Below are positions 48,085-60,980 of a stretch of 64,000 bases of DNA, one piece after another. The stretch is from Squalus acanthias (Eukaryota). Below the pieces are notes generated by a model, which searched no databases, was not told where the DNA came from, and saw only the letters and a list, made by a program, of their open reading frames with translations. Made by a program: the position numbers and the translations under genes. The first letter of the stretch is position 1. Each line of letters starts with the position of its first letter. Where the stretch lies: positions 135,906,001-135,970,000 of the forward strand of contig CM059432.1 in NCBI GenBank assembly GCA_030390025.1, written 5' to 3'.

Positions 48085-50280
48085 GGGATTTTCTCAGCAG
48101 CCTGGGCTCTGTTATTAAAACACTGCAGTCATTAATTTCTCCGCGCTTAGCCAAAACGAAATGCCTCGCAGGAGGGTTCCAGGCGCGAAAGGAAGCTTTT
48201 CCCCTACCGTCAGACCGATCTTTTCGGAGGTCGGTAATCAGCTCTAAATTTTACAGTGGGCCACTAGGCCTTCTGTCTGAGAGAGAAGTATGCTGAAGTT
48301 GTGGAATGCGCTGGCGATATTGCATGTTGGGCCCAGGTTTTTAAGCCTCCTGAAGGATAAATCAGTGGCCGGAAAGGTCCAGTGATTCTGCGAGTAACCG
48401 TGACCGTCCTTTCGCTAATTCACTCGAGCAGTTTTTCTTTTCAGCACCGTTCTTTCAAGCACCAACGTTGACAAAAACAACAGGTGGGTAAAGAGCCCCC
48501 CACCTTGTCGCTATTAGATTTAAGGGGTGATTTTCCGACTTTGAGCTTCTGGTGGGGAGCCTCGCGCTCAGTGCGTATTGAAAATTCCAGCCCGCGCTGG
48601 CGCATGATTTTAGCGAGCGCTCGCGACAACTGTTGAAAAAACCGCCCCCAGCGCCTGCTGCGAGTTCCGGTGCACGTCTTTTGGCGGGTGCAGCTCTGCG
48701 CGGTCCGAAAATTGACCCCCTTTGAGCCTATTGAGCGCGGCGGTTAATAGGGAGCTATGGCACGAATCTGGAGGTTTTAGCTATGATACGCACTACCTTC
48801 GAGCTGAATGGAAGGCGAGTTACGGAATTGTATTTCTTGCTTGTGTTCCCATGTCTCAGGCACCCAGCTCTGAATAGCCAGCTGCTCTTTGAGCTCTCCT
48901 AGGTATGTCGGACTAGTAGGTCAATCACATGGCAAAGATGAAAGAGCAGGAAACGGCTGTCATAGCCCTGCAGGAAATATTTGTTGAAAAACAGCACAAC
49001 AGCAAATAAAGTGCTAATTAATGCCCAGCTCCACTACATGATAGAGACCACAGGAGTAGGACAAAACCTGTGGTGTTACCATTTTCACTTTACTCCCAGA
49101 CACAGATCCGGCTAGGCATTTTTTTGTTTTAAATTGTACTTTCTTCCTCACCAGTTTTCTCCTGAAGGTGCTAGGCTGCAGTTGTCCGGAATATGGGCGC
49201 CCTTGCTCAAGTGCGCCGCAGTACGCGGTGAGCCGCGCGTATCAGTAAGCTATTCGACTGCCGAGGGCACAAATCCGAATTCAATCCTGTCCTTGTCTGG
49301 CATCCGCTTCCAGCAAGTGTCACCGACTGATTTTCCATTCCTACTCCCCTGACTGAGACTGACCGGGGGAGGCAATTTTAAGCTAACTGGCCGTCGGGAT
49401 CGGGTACAATGCTGGCTCTACACCCCACCCAGTTTTACTCTCCATTGAAGTCAGCATTCCACCGAATCCCGTGCGTTTCCCGCCAGGCCAGTTGGGTCAA
49501 AATTGCCCACACTAACAGCATAGTTTAGGGATTGGGCCTGGGACCTTCCTGGCCTGTATGAATCCATGGCTTCGATGTTAAACCCCGCCCCCCCCCTCCC
49601 AATGATGGGCAGGAGACGGTCGGGTGTGGGGAGAGAGGGGGTTAAAGACTTAAATATGGGGTACATGTCCCCAACATGCCCCATATGCACCCGTTGCCGT
49701 TTTTACAGCGACAGATTCTGTGGTGTCCGAGTGTCCCGTCGGCGAGAGGCGGGACTCTTCATTAACATATTTAAATCGGGCTCCCACAGTGCAATTGGGA
49801 GCATGATTTCAAATTCACTGCTGCTGCGCGGGTTTCCCAGGGATCCGGAAACTCGGCAGCGAAATGGAGGCAGGAGCTGACGGCTCCAGAAGGTAAGTGC
49901 CTTTTCCTGCACTCTTTGTGGGCCAGGAGGAGCAGGAGTGCTTCCCCCCCCCCACCCCCACCACCCCCAACCCCTCAAGGAAGCCTCCGGCCTCCCCTCT
50001 GCTGATCGCGGCCACGCTCTGCGATTGCCGACCACCCCCCCGCCCCCCCACTCCGCCAGCCCCGATGGCCAATCTCTCCCTCAGGAACCGCCCGCCGACT
50101 TTCCCCCTTCCCGGTTGCCGGGGACCGTCCCCAAGCGTCCCTGGCCTCCTGCCGCTGGTTTTCCCTCCCGCCCATCGGCTAGCCTGTCCATTTGGCTGGC
50201 TGCTGGATGGGAAATGGATCTAAAAACTGATAATGAGCTCCTGCCATTCCTCACGGTAATTTTAACTTTTGGCCGCAAAA
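48085..50280. mobile_element. Cluster of GC-rich TIR MITEs plus an AmnSINE2-like fragment (about 49150-49565, minus)
   Basis: TIR-like ends GGGGTGATTTTC/GAAAATTGACCCC (48524-48719) and GGCAATTTT/AAAATTGCCC (49371-49508); a larger GC-rich element at about 49570-50280; boundaries approximate. Confidence 0.55.
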
Positions 50281-51505
50281 AATGTTTTTTTTAGTTGAGA
50301 CGTTAAACTGAGGCCCTATTTGTCAGTTCAGGTAAACGTAAAAGATCCCGTAGCACTATTCAAAGAAAAGCAGGGAGTTCTTCCGGTGTTCTGGCCAACA
50401 ATCAATGTTATCAAAAACAGATTAATGGGCCATTCATTTGTTTGATGTCTATAGGACCTTGCTGTGCACAACTTGGCTGCTGGTTTGCTTACAAAACAGC
50501 AGTGCAGTTCAAAAGCAATCCATTGATTATGAAGTGCTTTGAGATGTGATAAGATGCAATATTAATGTAAGTTCTTCTTTCTATGCCTGTTCTGTAGACA
50601 CCATAGGATATTAGCTTGAGGGTGTCTAAGAAATGGCCAGCCAACCCTTATCGTCTGGCCCGTGAAGCCCCCGTCAATCCCTTTCATTCGAGTGCGCTCT
50701 AGCGCAAAACTGTTTGGGGGGGGTTAAAATCGGGAGTGTCCATTTTTGCCCCATTTTCTGGAGAAAAGAGTCTTTCCTGCTAGTTGTCCCCTCTCAGTTC
50801 TGGTATCTTCCTTGTGAATCTTTTTTTTTGGAGTTACGGCGGTGAAATTTAACCTCAACGGTAGAGGCACGGTAATGGACTGCCCGCCCGTTATACAGCC
50901 CGCCTGATCTTCCTTTCCATGGACTTATACACCCGTGCCAAAGTTCAATTTCACCCCACTGTCTTCAGGAGAGCAAGGGAGAAAGGGAGAGACAAGAAAA
51001 CACACGCTCGCAAATCAGACAGTCTGCTAAATGTTTGCACAGCAACTATTATTACGGAACTTCAGTCACAACGGTTTTGGTTTGATGCTAACACTGTGAA
51101 AGAGGCACAGAATCCTCCAGTTTGACCTTTACCGGTTGTCATTCCAATATACTGTGCAAATGATTTATGCTTTTGACCACATTATTGATTGAGTGCACTA
51201 AATTTTCCAGATTACTGTACTGAAGAGAGCATATTCTACAGAGACCAACCTAAAGAGTCTATCCCAAAGTGATATCATGTTCAGCATGAAGCAGCTCCAC
51301 TTAATGCTTTCTTTCAGTGAGAATTTATGGACTGTGATACTATTATATTATTACATTACATTAACTTATGCTATTGAGTTAAAAAGCCCTTGGTAGCTCT
51401 TAATTTTTAGGTACAGTGTTTTTTTTTAATATCGGAAGTACTTAAAATAATAGACTGGCTAAATCCAAACAGCTGAAAGTTGCGTATAAATTCTTATTTC
51501 TATCA

Positions 51506-51702
51506 GGGGAGATTCCTTGGATCGCATGAGCACAGCGAGTATCGGGAAAATCAGGGAGTTGGAGGTCGGAGTGTACACCTGCAAGGAAGGAAATTCAAGC
51601 AGGTTCCTTTATAGGTGTGCGTTACAGTCCGGCTGATTTTCCAGTATTTTCTGGGTCCTGCCAATTCACTGTGCCTGGGCTCTGACCCAGGAATATCTCC
51701 CC
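51506..51702. mobile_element. Small MITE
   Basis: Ends AGGGGAGATTCC and GAATATCTCCCCT; another small MITE at about 50838-50957. Confidence 0.55.
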
Positions 51703-51959
51703 TATCATGACTCTCACAAATGTTTCAAAGCGCTACACATAAAGAAAGAAAGAACGTGCATTTATATAGCGCCTTTCACCGCCTCAGGACGTCCCAAAGC
51801 ATTTTTCAACCAATGAAGTCATTTTGGACTGTAGTCACTGTTGTAATGTAGGAAATATAGAACGGATTATTTTTGAAATGCAAAGGCGGTGGCCATTTGG
51901 TGTACAGCAACATTCAACAAACGGCAATGAGATGAATCTGCTTTACTTGGTGTTAGTTA

Positions 51960-52420
51960 GGAGAGGTCAAGTGGGCTACTTCCAAGTGTTGGTTCCCTCA
52001 CTACCCATTCTGGCACCTATGTCCTTCGGAACACAGCCAGCTCAGTCGGTGGTGGTACTACAGAGCCATGCTTGGTGGTTGTCATTGAAGGCCCCACCCA
52101 AAGTATATATAAAAGCTTCCTCCAAGCGGCATTCAAAATGGAGGCGCACTGATTTGTCAGTTGAGAGATGGTGATGATTCACAGGTGTTTATTTTTTACC
52201 TTGTTTGACCTGAAGTCATGAGGCTTCATGGGCTCCAGAGACAATGTTGGTGATTTCCAGGGCCACTCCCACTCGATGTATGCTGTTGTGCCCCCCGTCT
52301 CTGGTGGGCCTATCCTGCCAGTGAGATAGGCTCATGATAGAGGAATATGGGATGGTTGGCTGACAGATATGATTCTGTACCTACAACTATGTCAGGCTGA
52401 GACAGTTCTCCTAAATTGGG
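51960..52420 (-). mobile_element. Decayed LINE fragments (probably the endonuclease region)
   Basis: Resembles upstream sequence of the 12.5-15.4 kb LINE family by recall only; heavily degraded. Confidence 0.4.
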
Positions 52421-52611
52421 TCGACGGGTTGTGGCGCCTGGGTTCTCGCCGATAGATCCACCCTCTGGCGATTGTTTACAACTGAGTGGTTTGCGAGTTA
52501 AGAGTTATATGGTGTGCGACTGGAATCCTGCATAAGTCAGACTGGGGGAGGGGTGGCAGACTCCCTTCTCTGAAGGACCAGCGTTCATGGCTATTTCTTC
52601 TGTTGTTAGCC

Positions 52612-52963
52612 CAGGAATCGCTTCAAGGACACCCTCAAAGCCTCCTTGAAAAAGTGCAACATCCCCACCGACACCTGGGAATCCCTGGCCCAAGACCACA
52701 CAAAGTGGAGGAGAAGCATCCGGGAAGGCTCCGAACACCTTGAGTCTCTTCGCCGGGAGCAAGCGGAAGCCAAGCGCAAACAGCGGAAGGAGCGCACGTC
52801 AACCCAAGCACCCCACCCAGCCGCCCCTTCAACCACCGTCTGCCCCACCTGTGACAGAGACTGTAGGTCCCACATTGGACTCATCAGTCACCTGAGAACT
52901 CATTTTTAGTGCGAAAGCAAGTCATCCTCGGTTCCGAGGGACTGCCTAAGAGAGAGAGAGAGA
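52612..52963 (+). mobile_element. RTE/BovB-clade LINE 3' end
   Basis: RFKDTLKASLKKCNIPTDTWESLAQDHTKWR...CPTCDRDCRSHIGLISHLRTH (C2H2 finger), (AG)n tail, possible AGCCC TSD; matches 58672-58950. Confidence 0.9.
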
Positions 52964-55047
52964 GCCCTGTAATGACCAGGTTTATTGAAGCCCCCACCCG
53001 AGAGGGGGGGTTCTATTTCACAAATCGCCACGGTGAGAGTTGAGCTCATTGAGTTACATCGAAGCTACAGCACAGAACAGGTCACTCGGCCCAACTGGTC
53101 TATGCCGGCGTTTATGCTCCGCACGAACCCGCCACCTCTGGGTTGCTAACCCGGGACCATAACCATGGCACTGCCATATCTTAATTGAGCTCTGTCGCGG
53201 CACAAACAGGCCTTAATTTGGGCGGCATGCCATCAGAGAAATGGGTGGTGTGGACAGAAAAGTGTTAATTTCGCAGGAACTTAAAGCTGAAGGAAGTCGG
53301 CAGTCAGCAAAGAACAGCCATAGGTAGACGAAGACAATGGATTGGGTATTCTCAAATGCTATTCGCTGAAGAGGAATATTCAGTTATCAGGTGGTCACAA
53401 AGTGGGATTGGCTATGCTTTTATGGGAATTACATCCTGTCCTCTTTGCTCCTATGTGTTCATGGGCAGTGTTTATATACTCAGAGACAAATGGGACTCAG
53501 CGCAATGACATGGCGGGGGGGGGGGGGCGGTTGGGTGGTGGTGGTGGTGGGGTGCGGGGAGCAGGCAGATCATCTAAAGGAATGTGATTAGACTCAACTC
53601 CGTGGAAACTGCAGCTGCTTAATTCTGCCTGAGCTTCCGCAGATATTGGGGAAGTCGATCACGTTGACAGGGGGGGGGAAAAAAAACACAGATTAAAAAC
53701 CGAGCGGTTCCATTTCCCCCCCCACCCCTTCCAGCTCCCAACTTTTCCCAGAATAGCCAAGTTGGCCCTGGCAGTTATGATATCGCTCATCTTGTTTTTA
53801 TAGTCGGGTTGGCGCTGCGTTGAAAAAAGTGGAAATATGCAGCAATAATATCGTGGCGTTTACTCTGCTCGGTGTTTGAGACAATGTGTAGCCGGAGCTG
53901 GAGTGAGAAGACATGCTGTGTTTATCTTCACTGATTTAGTCAGCTGTTGAGATGAATAAGAGCTTAAGTAGAACAAGCAAACATTTGCCTTCCCTTCCAT
54001 AATGCTGTTTTTTCACTTTGCATAGTCGAGGATATAAATCTCTCCACCCCCTCCCCCTCCCCCCCCCCCCACCCCGTGTCAAACAAACAAACTTTGGAGC
54101 TACAGCGCTAAGAGCAGCCTCGCAGGACATCAGCCCAGCTTGTGTGACCCCCCTCCTCACGGGTCTGTGCTAAAAAAGCACCCACAATCCATCTCAAGAC
54201 AAATAAAAGGGACACAGTGCTAAAACGGTTGAGCGGAAAACAATAAAAGCCTATAATTCCTCCTGTGAACTAGCCTCTGACTAACTATCTGTTGTACAAA
54301 TGACTTCCTACCTATTGTGCTGCCCACAAAGTGGAATATGGGAATGATCAGCAGCTGAGTAATGAATTAGAGTTATAGTTACAGCATGAGTGAGCCTGTA
54401 ACTGGTGCTAAACAACAGGTGTAGGGAGTGGAGGGAAGAGAACATAGTTGAAAAAGTTGCTTCCAAAAGTCCTTTTTTTTTAAGCAAGTGAGTTTTTCTT
54501 TTATGTATGTAATGTTTCAAGATGTTCATTTGATTTGAGAAAAAGTACATAATAATGTTTGTTGTTAAATTTTGCCGATGCTAATTCTTTTTCTCATTTT
54601 AACCCTGGTCGCAAAAAGTGGTTGAACTGTCAGGACTGGCATTACAGCAGTGCTGGTGGTAGAGATAGTGGTGATGGGGGTGAAATCTTCCTGTTCGGTG
54701 GTTGTTAGTGCTATAAACTAAAAAAAAACTTAGTAATTTTATGGCATAGTAATTGGAGGACGGAGATCATGAACATCCATGTTTAAAATGTTTGATTCTG
54801 AAAACCTCAAAACCTACCTTTTCAACCCTTCCCTTAACCCCCTTCCCAAACTCCTACTTGGTGTTCAGTCTCCCCTTTGTAAAGTACATTGGAATGTTGC
54901 ATTGCATTAACGACACTCTATAAGTACAAGTTGCTGCTACGTTGATAAAGGCATATATTTTTTAAATTTCTGAAAATTCATCCCTTAAAATATAGCCCTG
55001 AAATTATGGGGTGGGAATTTCAAGGGTAGGAATGGTTAACACGTCCA

Positions 55048-55370
55048 TATAGAATAGAATCATAGAATGGTTACAGCACAGAAGGAGGCCATTCGGCCCG
55101 TCGAGCCCGTGCCAGCTCTCTGCAAGAGCACTTCAGCTAGTCCCACTCCCCCGCCCTTTCCCTGTAGCCCTGCAATTGTTTTTCCTTCGGTTACTTATCC
55201 AATTCCCTTTTGAAAGCCACAATTGAATCTGCCTCCACCACCCTTTCAGGCAGTGCATTCTAGATCCTAACCACTCGCTTCCTCATGTTGCCTTTGGTTC
55301 TTCTGCCAGTCACCTTAAATCTGTGTCCTCTGGTTCTTGACCCTTCCGCCAATGGGAACAGTTTCTTTGC
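55048..55370 (-). mobile_element. CR1 3' fragment
   Basis: Reversed tail ATAGAATCATAGAATGGTTACAGCACAGAAGGAGGCCATTCGGCCC. Confidence 0.88.
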
Positions 55371-55919
55371 CTGTTATTTCAGTGAAGGGTTAATACATTT
55401 AAAAATAAATAGGTTAGCATCTCTTTAAAATCGATGATTTTTAAATAGGAATTTTATTTGAATGTGTGAAGCGTTTTTCTGTTAATATTTGCATAAGGGG
55501 CGATTTTAACCCTACTCGCTCAGCAGAAACCTGGCAGGTGGGCAGTTAAAATTGGCCTGGCTCTTACCTGTCCGAAAGCTGAAATCTGCAATTTTAACCT
55601 GCTCCCCTGAGCAGGCAGCAAGGACACGCGCCCGGAGCAAACGGGATCCTTCTTTACATAAGCATGTTGTGGCCCGATGACCTAATTGAGAACTGGCTGT
55701 AATTTTAACTCAGGCCTGAGCGGGGAATCCACCTGGATTTAAAATCGGGGCTTATACTGCACTGAATTAGGAACATAGGAACAGGAGTGGGCCATTCAGC
55801 CACTCAAGCCTGTTCCGCCATGCAATTAGATCAAGGCTGATCTGTATTTTAACTCCATCTACCTGCCTTGCTTCCCTTACCTTTAAAACCCTAGCCTAAC
55901 AAAAATCTAAAATTATGAA

Positions 55920-56443
55920 TTAGTACTCCTCTTTTAGGGCCTGCTTTTACCAGCGTAAGGGTTAATATAAATGTTAAATTAAAAAAATTTTAAAAATTAA
56001 AAAAACACTTAAAATTAGTTTATATAAATTTTGGCCTAGATTAAAATTATATTTCAAAAAATATATTTTTTATTTGAAATGCTTCATTAAAGGGACTTTT
56101 AATTAATTTTGAAACTGGGAACATTTATTTTTATTTCAGTTGTGTCAATTATTTATTAATTTGGGGATTCTTCATATGCTAATGAGGATTCCGTTCGTAA
56201 ATGGAATCCCCATAAGCATATTAGGAATCCATCTTTCTGATTGGAGGACCTGGCCCGTGTGATCCCAGAGACGCTTCAGAACCGCCTGCGTCCCTGGGAT
56301 CCGTGGGCCTTTACGCGGGCCTTCGCCTGCAGGCCCAGGACCCGAAGTCTCCGAAGCCCGGGAGCTAGCAGGTAGGTTTGGATTTCTTTTTCGGGTTGGA
56401 AGCGTACTCCGGAGGCACGCCACCCGACCGCAAATTTCGGCCC
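55920..56443 (+). mobile_element. Harbinger-type MITE related to family 2 (left end unclear)
   Basis: AT-rich core, hairpin, then GATTGG..TGGCCC.TGTGATCCCAG and GGCCCAGGACCCGAAGTC as in 46740-46850; ends CAAATTTCGGCCC. Confidence 0.65.
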
Positions 56444-57249
56444 AACATTCTATTTGAAGCATCTCTCTCTATTCCGTATGATACCTTGTGGTTCTCCATT
56501 GATTTAACCAGAGTTCAAATGTTCAGGACAGTAATAATGAAAGACGTAAGGCACCACCTTCTATGAGTCTAGAACCTTGAATCAAACAACAGACCCAGTG
56601 ATGAAATGGAATGTGTTTGCATGTTAAAGCAGTTGTTGCATGGTTTAGATTTCCAATGATCCTCTAACGTAGACCAGGTAGACAAAACAGAAATAATGAG
56701 CAAAGTCATTTAGATTTGACTTGTTGCTTCCCTTTAATGCGATTTTTCTGAACTTTCCCTCTGAACTTGTCCATGAAGGAAACGCTTTAGTGGTTTAATA
56801 TTTATTATTTTTACCAAATTGGTGTTCATCTCCTCAATCCTCCCCAGTCGGACAGTATTGTGGCCAAGGGAACTGATGCTGATGCAGAGGAAACTTCTCC
56901 AGTGTCTAAAACTAACATATTGATAGCTGTGGCTCAGTGGGTAGCACTCTCACCTCTGGGTCAGAAGATTGTGGGTTTAAGCCCCCCTCCAGGGACTTGA
57001 GCACATAATCTAGGCTAACACCTCAGTGCAGTGCTGGGGGAATGCTGCACTGTCGGAGGTGCTGTCTTTCGGATAGAAACATTAAACCAAGGCCATGTCT
57101 GATATCTCAGGTAGATGTAAAAGATCCCATGGCACTATTTTAAGATAAGGGCTGCGAATTACCCAGATGCTGCTGCCTTCCTGCCATGTCCTGATCTTTA
57201 CCTGCTCTTTTGAGAGGATATTTTGAGATCAGTTTGCAATGGGAGTTAG

Positions 57250-57480
57250 AGATTCTTCCATGCCTCCTTAAGCAGATCTCTTCTGAGACATCATTGAGTG
57301 AGTAGCATGGTCTATAGACTTTGGAGGAAGCATATCTCCTAGTTGGTGTTCTCCTTTGGTGTAGCTTTATCCTGCATGCATCTATCATTTCCTCTTCCTC
57401 CTTCTCCTGTTCGACCTCTATTATAAGGACATATATGAGAATGCCAATGAATTCCATGATATGAACTCCATGATAGAAAG
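57250..57480 (-). pseudogene. Harbinger transposase N-terminal remnant
   Basis: EEEE...RRTPTRRYASSKVYRPCYSLNDVSEEICLRR matches the RRY...VYR.R.S..D.SEE.CLRR motif at the start of HARBI1-type transposases. Confidence 0.6.
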
Positions 57481-58054
57481 GTGGAAGGCAAAAGATTTGA
57501 TTGGCCACATATCCATTTATATCCAATGGGTGCCCTAATGTGTGTCAGATTGTACTGAATGCATTAAATTGTATTATCAAGCTATGGGTCAAAAGAAATT
57601 TTTTCTTTGGTGTATATTAAGCATTCATCTTGAAGTAGTCCAATATGAAAAGAAAGACTTACATTAGTGCCATGGGATCTTTTACGTCCACCTGAGAGAG
57701 CAGACGGGGCCTCCGACAGTGCAGCACTCCCTCAGCACTGCACTGGAGTGTCAGCCAAGCTTTATGTGCTCAAGTCCCTGGAGTGGGACTTGAACCCACA
57801 ACCTTCTGAATATGCAAGTTATTGTTGCCGTACGTTATAATCGACACTGAAATTTGGATTTTGATGCAAGTTAGCTTTAGGGGCTGTACCACAGGAGGGA
57901 CAGGAAAGCAATAAACCAATCAGGAATTCAGAATCCAAAGCATCAGGCTATTGACATTGAAGTGAGTCATGCTTCTCCCTCTTTCCTCTGCTATATTTAA
58001 AAATAAATGTGCCAACCCTTGCTGATGGTTTTATGAGTCACAAATACTTTAAAA

Positions 58055-58526
58055 AGAAAATAGAAAGACTTGCATTTATACACCGCCTTTCACAACCACC
58101 GGACGTCCCAAAGCGCTTTACAGCCAATGAAGTACTTTGAAGTCTAGTCACTGTTGTAATGTAGGAAACGCAGCAGCCAATTTGTACACAGCAAGCTCCC
58201 ACAAACAGCAATGTGATAATGACCAGATAATCTGTTTTGGTGATGTTGATTGAGGGATAAATATTGGCCAGGACACCAGGGATAATTCCCCTGCTCTTCT
58301 TTGAAATAGTGTCATGGGATCTTTTACGTCCACCTGAGAGAGCAGACGGGGGCCTCGGTTTAACGTCTCATCTGAAAGACGGCATCTCCGACAGTGCAGC
58401 ACTCCCTCGCTATTGCACTGGAGTGTCAGCCTAGATTTTTGTGTTCAAGTTTCTGGAGTGGGACTTGAACACACAACCTTCATGACTCAAAGTCGAGGAG
58501 TGCTACCAACTGAGCCACGGCTGACG
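58055..58526 (-). mobile_element. Deu-domain tRNA-SINE, full length (other fragments at 56925-57140 and 57650-57810)
   Basis: Complete tail-to-head copy. Confidence 0.92.
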
Positions 58527-58669
58527 CGACTGCTCTTACATTCCCATCTTTGTTTTTTTTAAAAATGCAAATTATGGTCACCTGTGGACAAAAACATGGA
58601 CAAAAGAGCTGAAATTCAGAGGTGAGGTGAGAGTGACTGCCCTTGAAATCAAGGCAACATTTGACCAAG

Positions 58670-59822
58670 TTCTTCTTCTTCGGCAGTCCCTTGGAACTGA
58701 GGATGACTTGCTTCCACACTAAAAATGAGTTCTCAAGTGACTGATGAGTCCAACCTATGGTCTCTGTCACAGGTGGGGCAGACGGTGGTTGAAGGGGCGG
58801 GTGGGTGGGGTGCTTGGGTTGATGTGCGCTTGCTCCTGGCGAAGAGACTCGAGGTGTTCGGCGCCTTCCCGGATGCTTCTCCTCCACTTTGTGCGGTCTT
58901 GGGCCAGGGATTCCCAGGTGTCGGAGGGGATGTTGCACTTTTTCAAGGAGGTGCACTAACGCTCTTCTCGATCTTCCTGGCTGCAATGCTCCATCGCACC
59001 CTCAGTAAGCTCCCCGCTGGAGTGGAGCTAATTTACAGAACAAACGGGAAACTGTTCAACCTCCGTCGCCTCCAGTCCAGATCCAAGGTCGTCCCATCCT
59101 CTGTCATCGAATTACAGTATGCAGACGACGCTTGCGTCTGCACACACTCGGAGGTCGAACTCCAAACCATCGTCAGCACCTTCACCGAAGCGTACGAGAG
59201 CATAGGCCTTACACTAAACATCCATAAGACAAAGGTCCTCTACCAACCTGCCCCCGCCACACAGTACTGCCCCCCGATTATCAAAATCCATGACGAAGCC
59301 CTGGACAACGTGGACCACTTTCCATACCTCGGGAGCCTACTGTCAACAAGGGCAGACGTTGATGATGAAGTCCAACACCGCCTTCAGTGTGCCAGTGCAG
59401 CCTTCGGTCGCCTGAGGAAGAGAGTGTTTGAAGACCAGGACCTCAAACCCAGCACTAAGCTCATGGTCTACAGAGCAGTAGTGATACCCGCCCTGCTGTA
59501 TGCCTCAGAGACATGGACCATGTACAACAGGCACCTCAATGCATTGGAGAGGTATCACCAACGCTGCCTCCGCAAGATCCTGCAAATCCATTGGCAGGAT
59601 AGGTGCACCAACGTCAATGTTCTTGCTCAGGCCAACATCCCCAGCATCGAAGCTATGACCACGCTCGATCAGCTCCGATGGACGGGTCACATCGTCCGCA
59701 TGCCCGATACGAGACTCCCAAAGCAAGCGCTCTACTCGGAGCTCTGACACGGCAAGAGAGCCCCAGGTGGGCAGAGGAAACGCTTCAAGGACACCCTCAA
59801 AGCCTCCTTGAAAAAGTGCAAC
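58670..59822. mobile_element. RTE/BovB-clade LINE, 5'-truncated and 5'-inverted
   Basis: 3' end on the minus strand (58670-58951, (AAG)n tail); RT segment on the plus strand (58952-59822): LFSIFLAAML...GKLFNLRRL...ELQYADD...VDHFPYLGS...LRWTGHIVRMPDTRLPKQALYSEL with a single stop at 59745. Confidence 0.93.
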
Positions 59823-60129
59823 TTCAAAAAATACTTCACTGACTGTAAAGCGCTTTGGGACATCTGGAGGTTATGAAAGGCGCTATATAAATGCAAGTTC
59901 TTTCTTTTAACAGCATTGTGGGAGCACCTTTACCACAGGGACTGCAGAGGTTCAAGGAGAAGGCCCACCACCATCTTCGCAAGGGCAACTAGGGACAGGC
60001 AATTGCTAGTGACGCCCATATCCCGAAAATGAATTTTTTTAAACTTGCATTTATATCGCGCCTTTGATGTAGAAAAATACCCTAAAATGCTTCACAGAGG
60101 CGTAATAAAAAAAAAGTGCTTCTCTGTTT

Positions 60130-60620
60130 ATAGAATCATAGAATGATACGACACAGAAGGAGGCCATTTGGCCCATCGTGCCTGTGAAGGCTTTTCAAAA
60201 AAGCGATCCAATTTGTCCCACTCCCCTGGCTCTGTCCCCATAGCCCTGTAAATTTTTCCCCTTCAAGTATTTATCCAATTCCCTTTTGAAAGTTACTATT
60301 GAATCTGCTTCTACCACCCTTGCAGGCAGTGAGTTCCAAATCATAACAAAAATAAATAGTTTCTTCTCTGCGTAAAAAAAACAAATTCTGCGTAAAGTTA
60401 TTTTTCTTATGTCATGTCTAATTCTTTTGCCTATCACTTTAAATCTGTGCCCTGTGATTACCGACCCTTCTGCCACTGGAAACAGTTTCTCCTTATTCAC
60501 TCTGTCAAAACCCTCTATCAAATCTCCTCTTATCCTTCTCTGCTCTGAGGAGAACAACCCCAGCTTCTCTCGTCTCACCACATCACTGAAGTCCCCACAT
60601 CCCTGGAACCATTCTAGTTG
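60130..60620 (-). mobile_element. CR1 3' fragment
   Basis: LGLFSSEQRRIRGDLIE...TGHRFKV...IWNSLPARVVEA...LQGYG on the minus strand. Confidence 0.88.
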
Positions 60621-60786
60621 ATTTGCATTAATTTTAATACTTTACTGTTGTTTTGTGTTTCATAAAAGAATGAGCTTACTCAGAGCATCTTAAAGCTGTA
60701 TCCCACCTGCTATATATGTGACAATTTTCTCAGGGAAGTGTCATTGTGCTTTAATTATCTCTCTGGACGCCCCTCTCTATTTTCAG

Positions 60787-60980
60787 GTTCTGGAGGAAGA
60801 AGAGAAGGAACCGAGGAGGCATGCAAGATGGGTGAAATTATCCTTGGGCCTTATGGGCATTCCTGTATACAGGTCAAGCAACTGCTGTCGCAAGGATTGG
60901 GCATATGGAGAGTACTAGTCTCCAAGGAAGCTCTTGCAGAACTTTACGGGGTTCTGCGGCCAGACTATCAGCAGCTGTAA
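60787..60980 (+). pseudogene. Possible Harbinger transposase N-terminal remnant
   Basis: Across frameshifts: EEEEKEPRRHAR...PY...VYR...SKEALAELYGVLRPD, resembling the VYR / SKE...EL..LL.PDL segment of Harbinger transposases. Confidence 0.4.

Noticed and set aside
48085..50280. CpG island or promoter
   Set aside because: The GC/CpG richness is largely explained by TIR-bounded MITEs and SINE remnants.
58725..59747. 340-aa ORF as an intact reverse transcriptase gene
   Set aside because: The N-terminus is the antisense of the element's own 3' end created by the inversion; the RT lacks its N-terminal motifs and has a premature stop.
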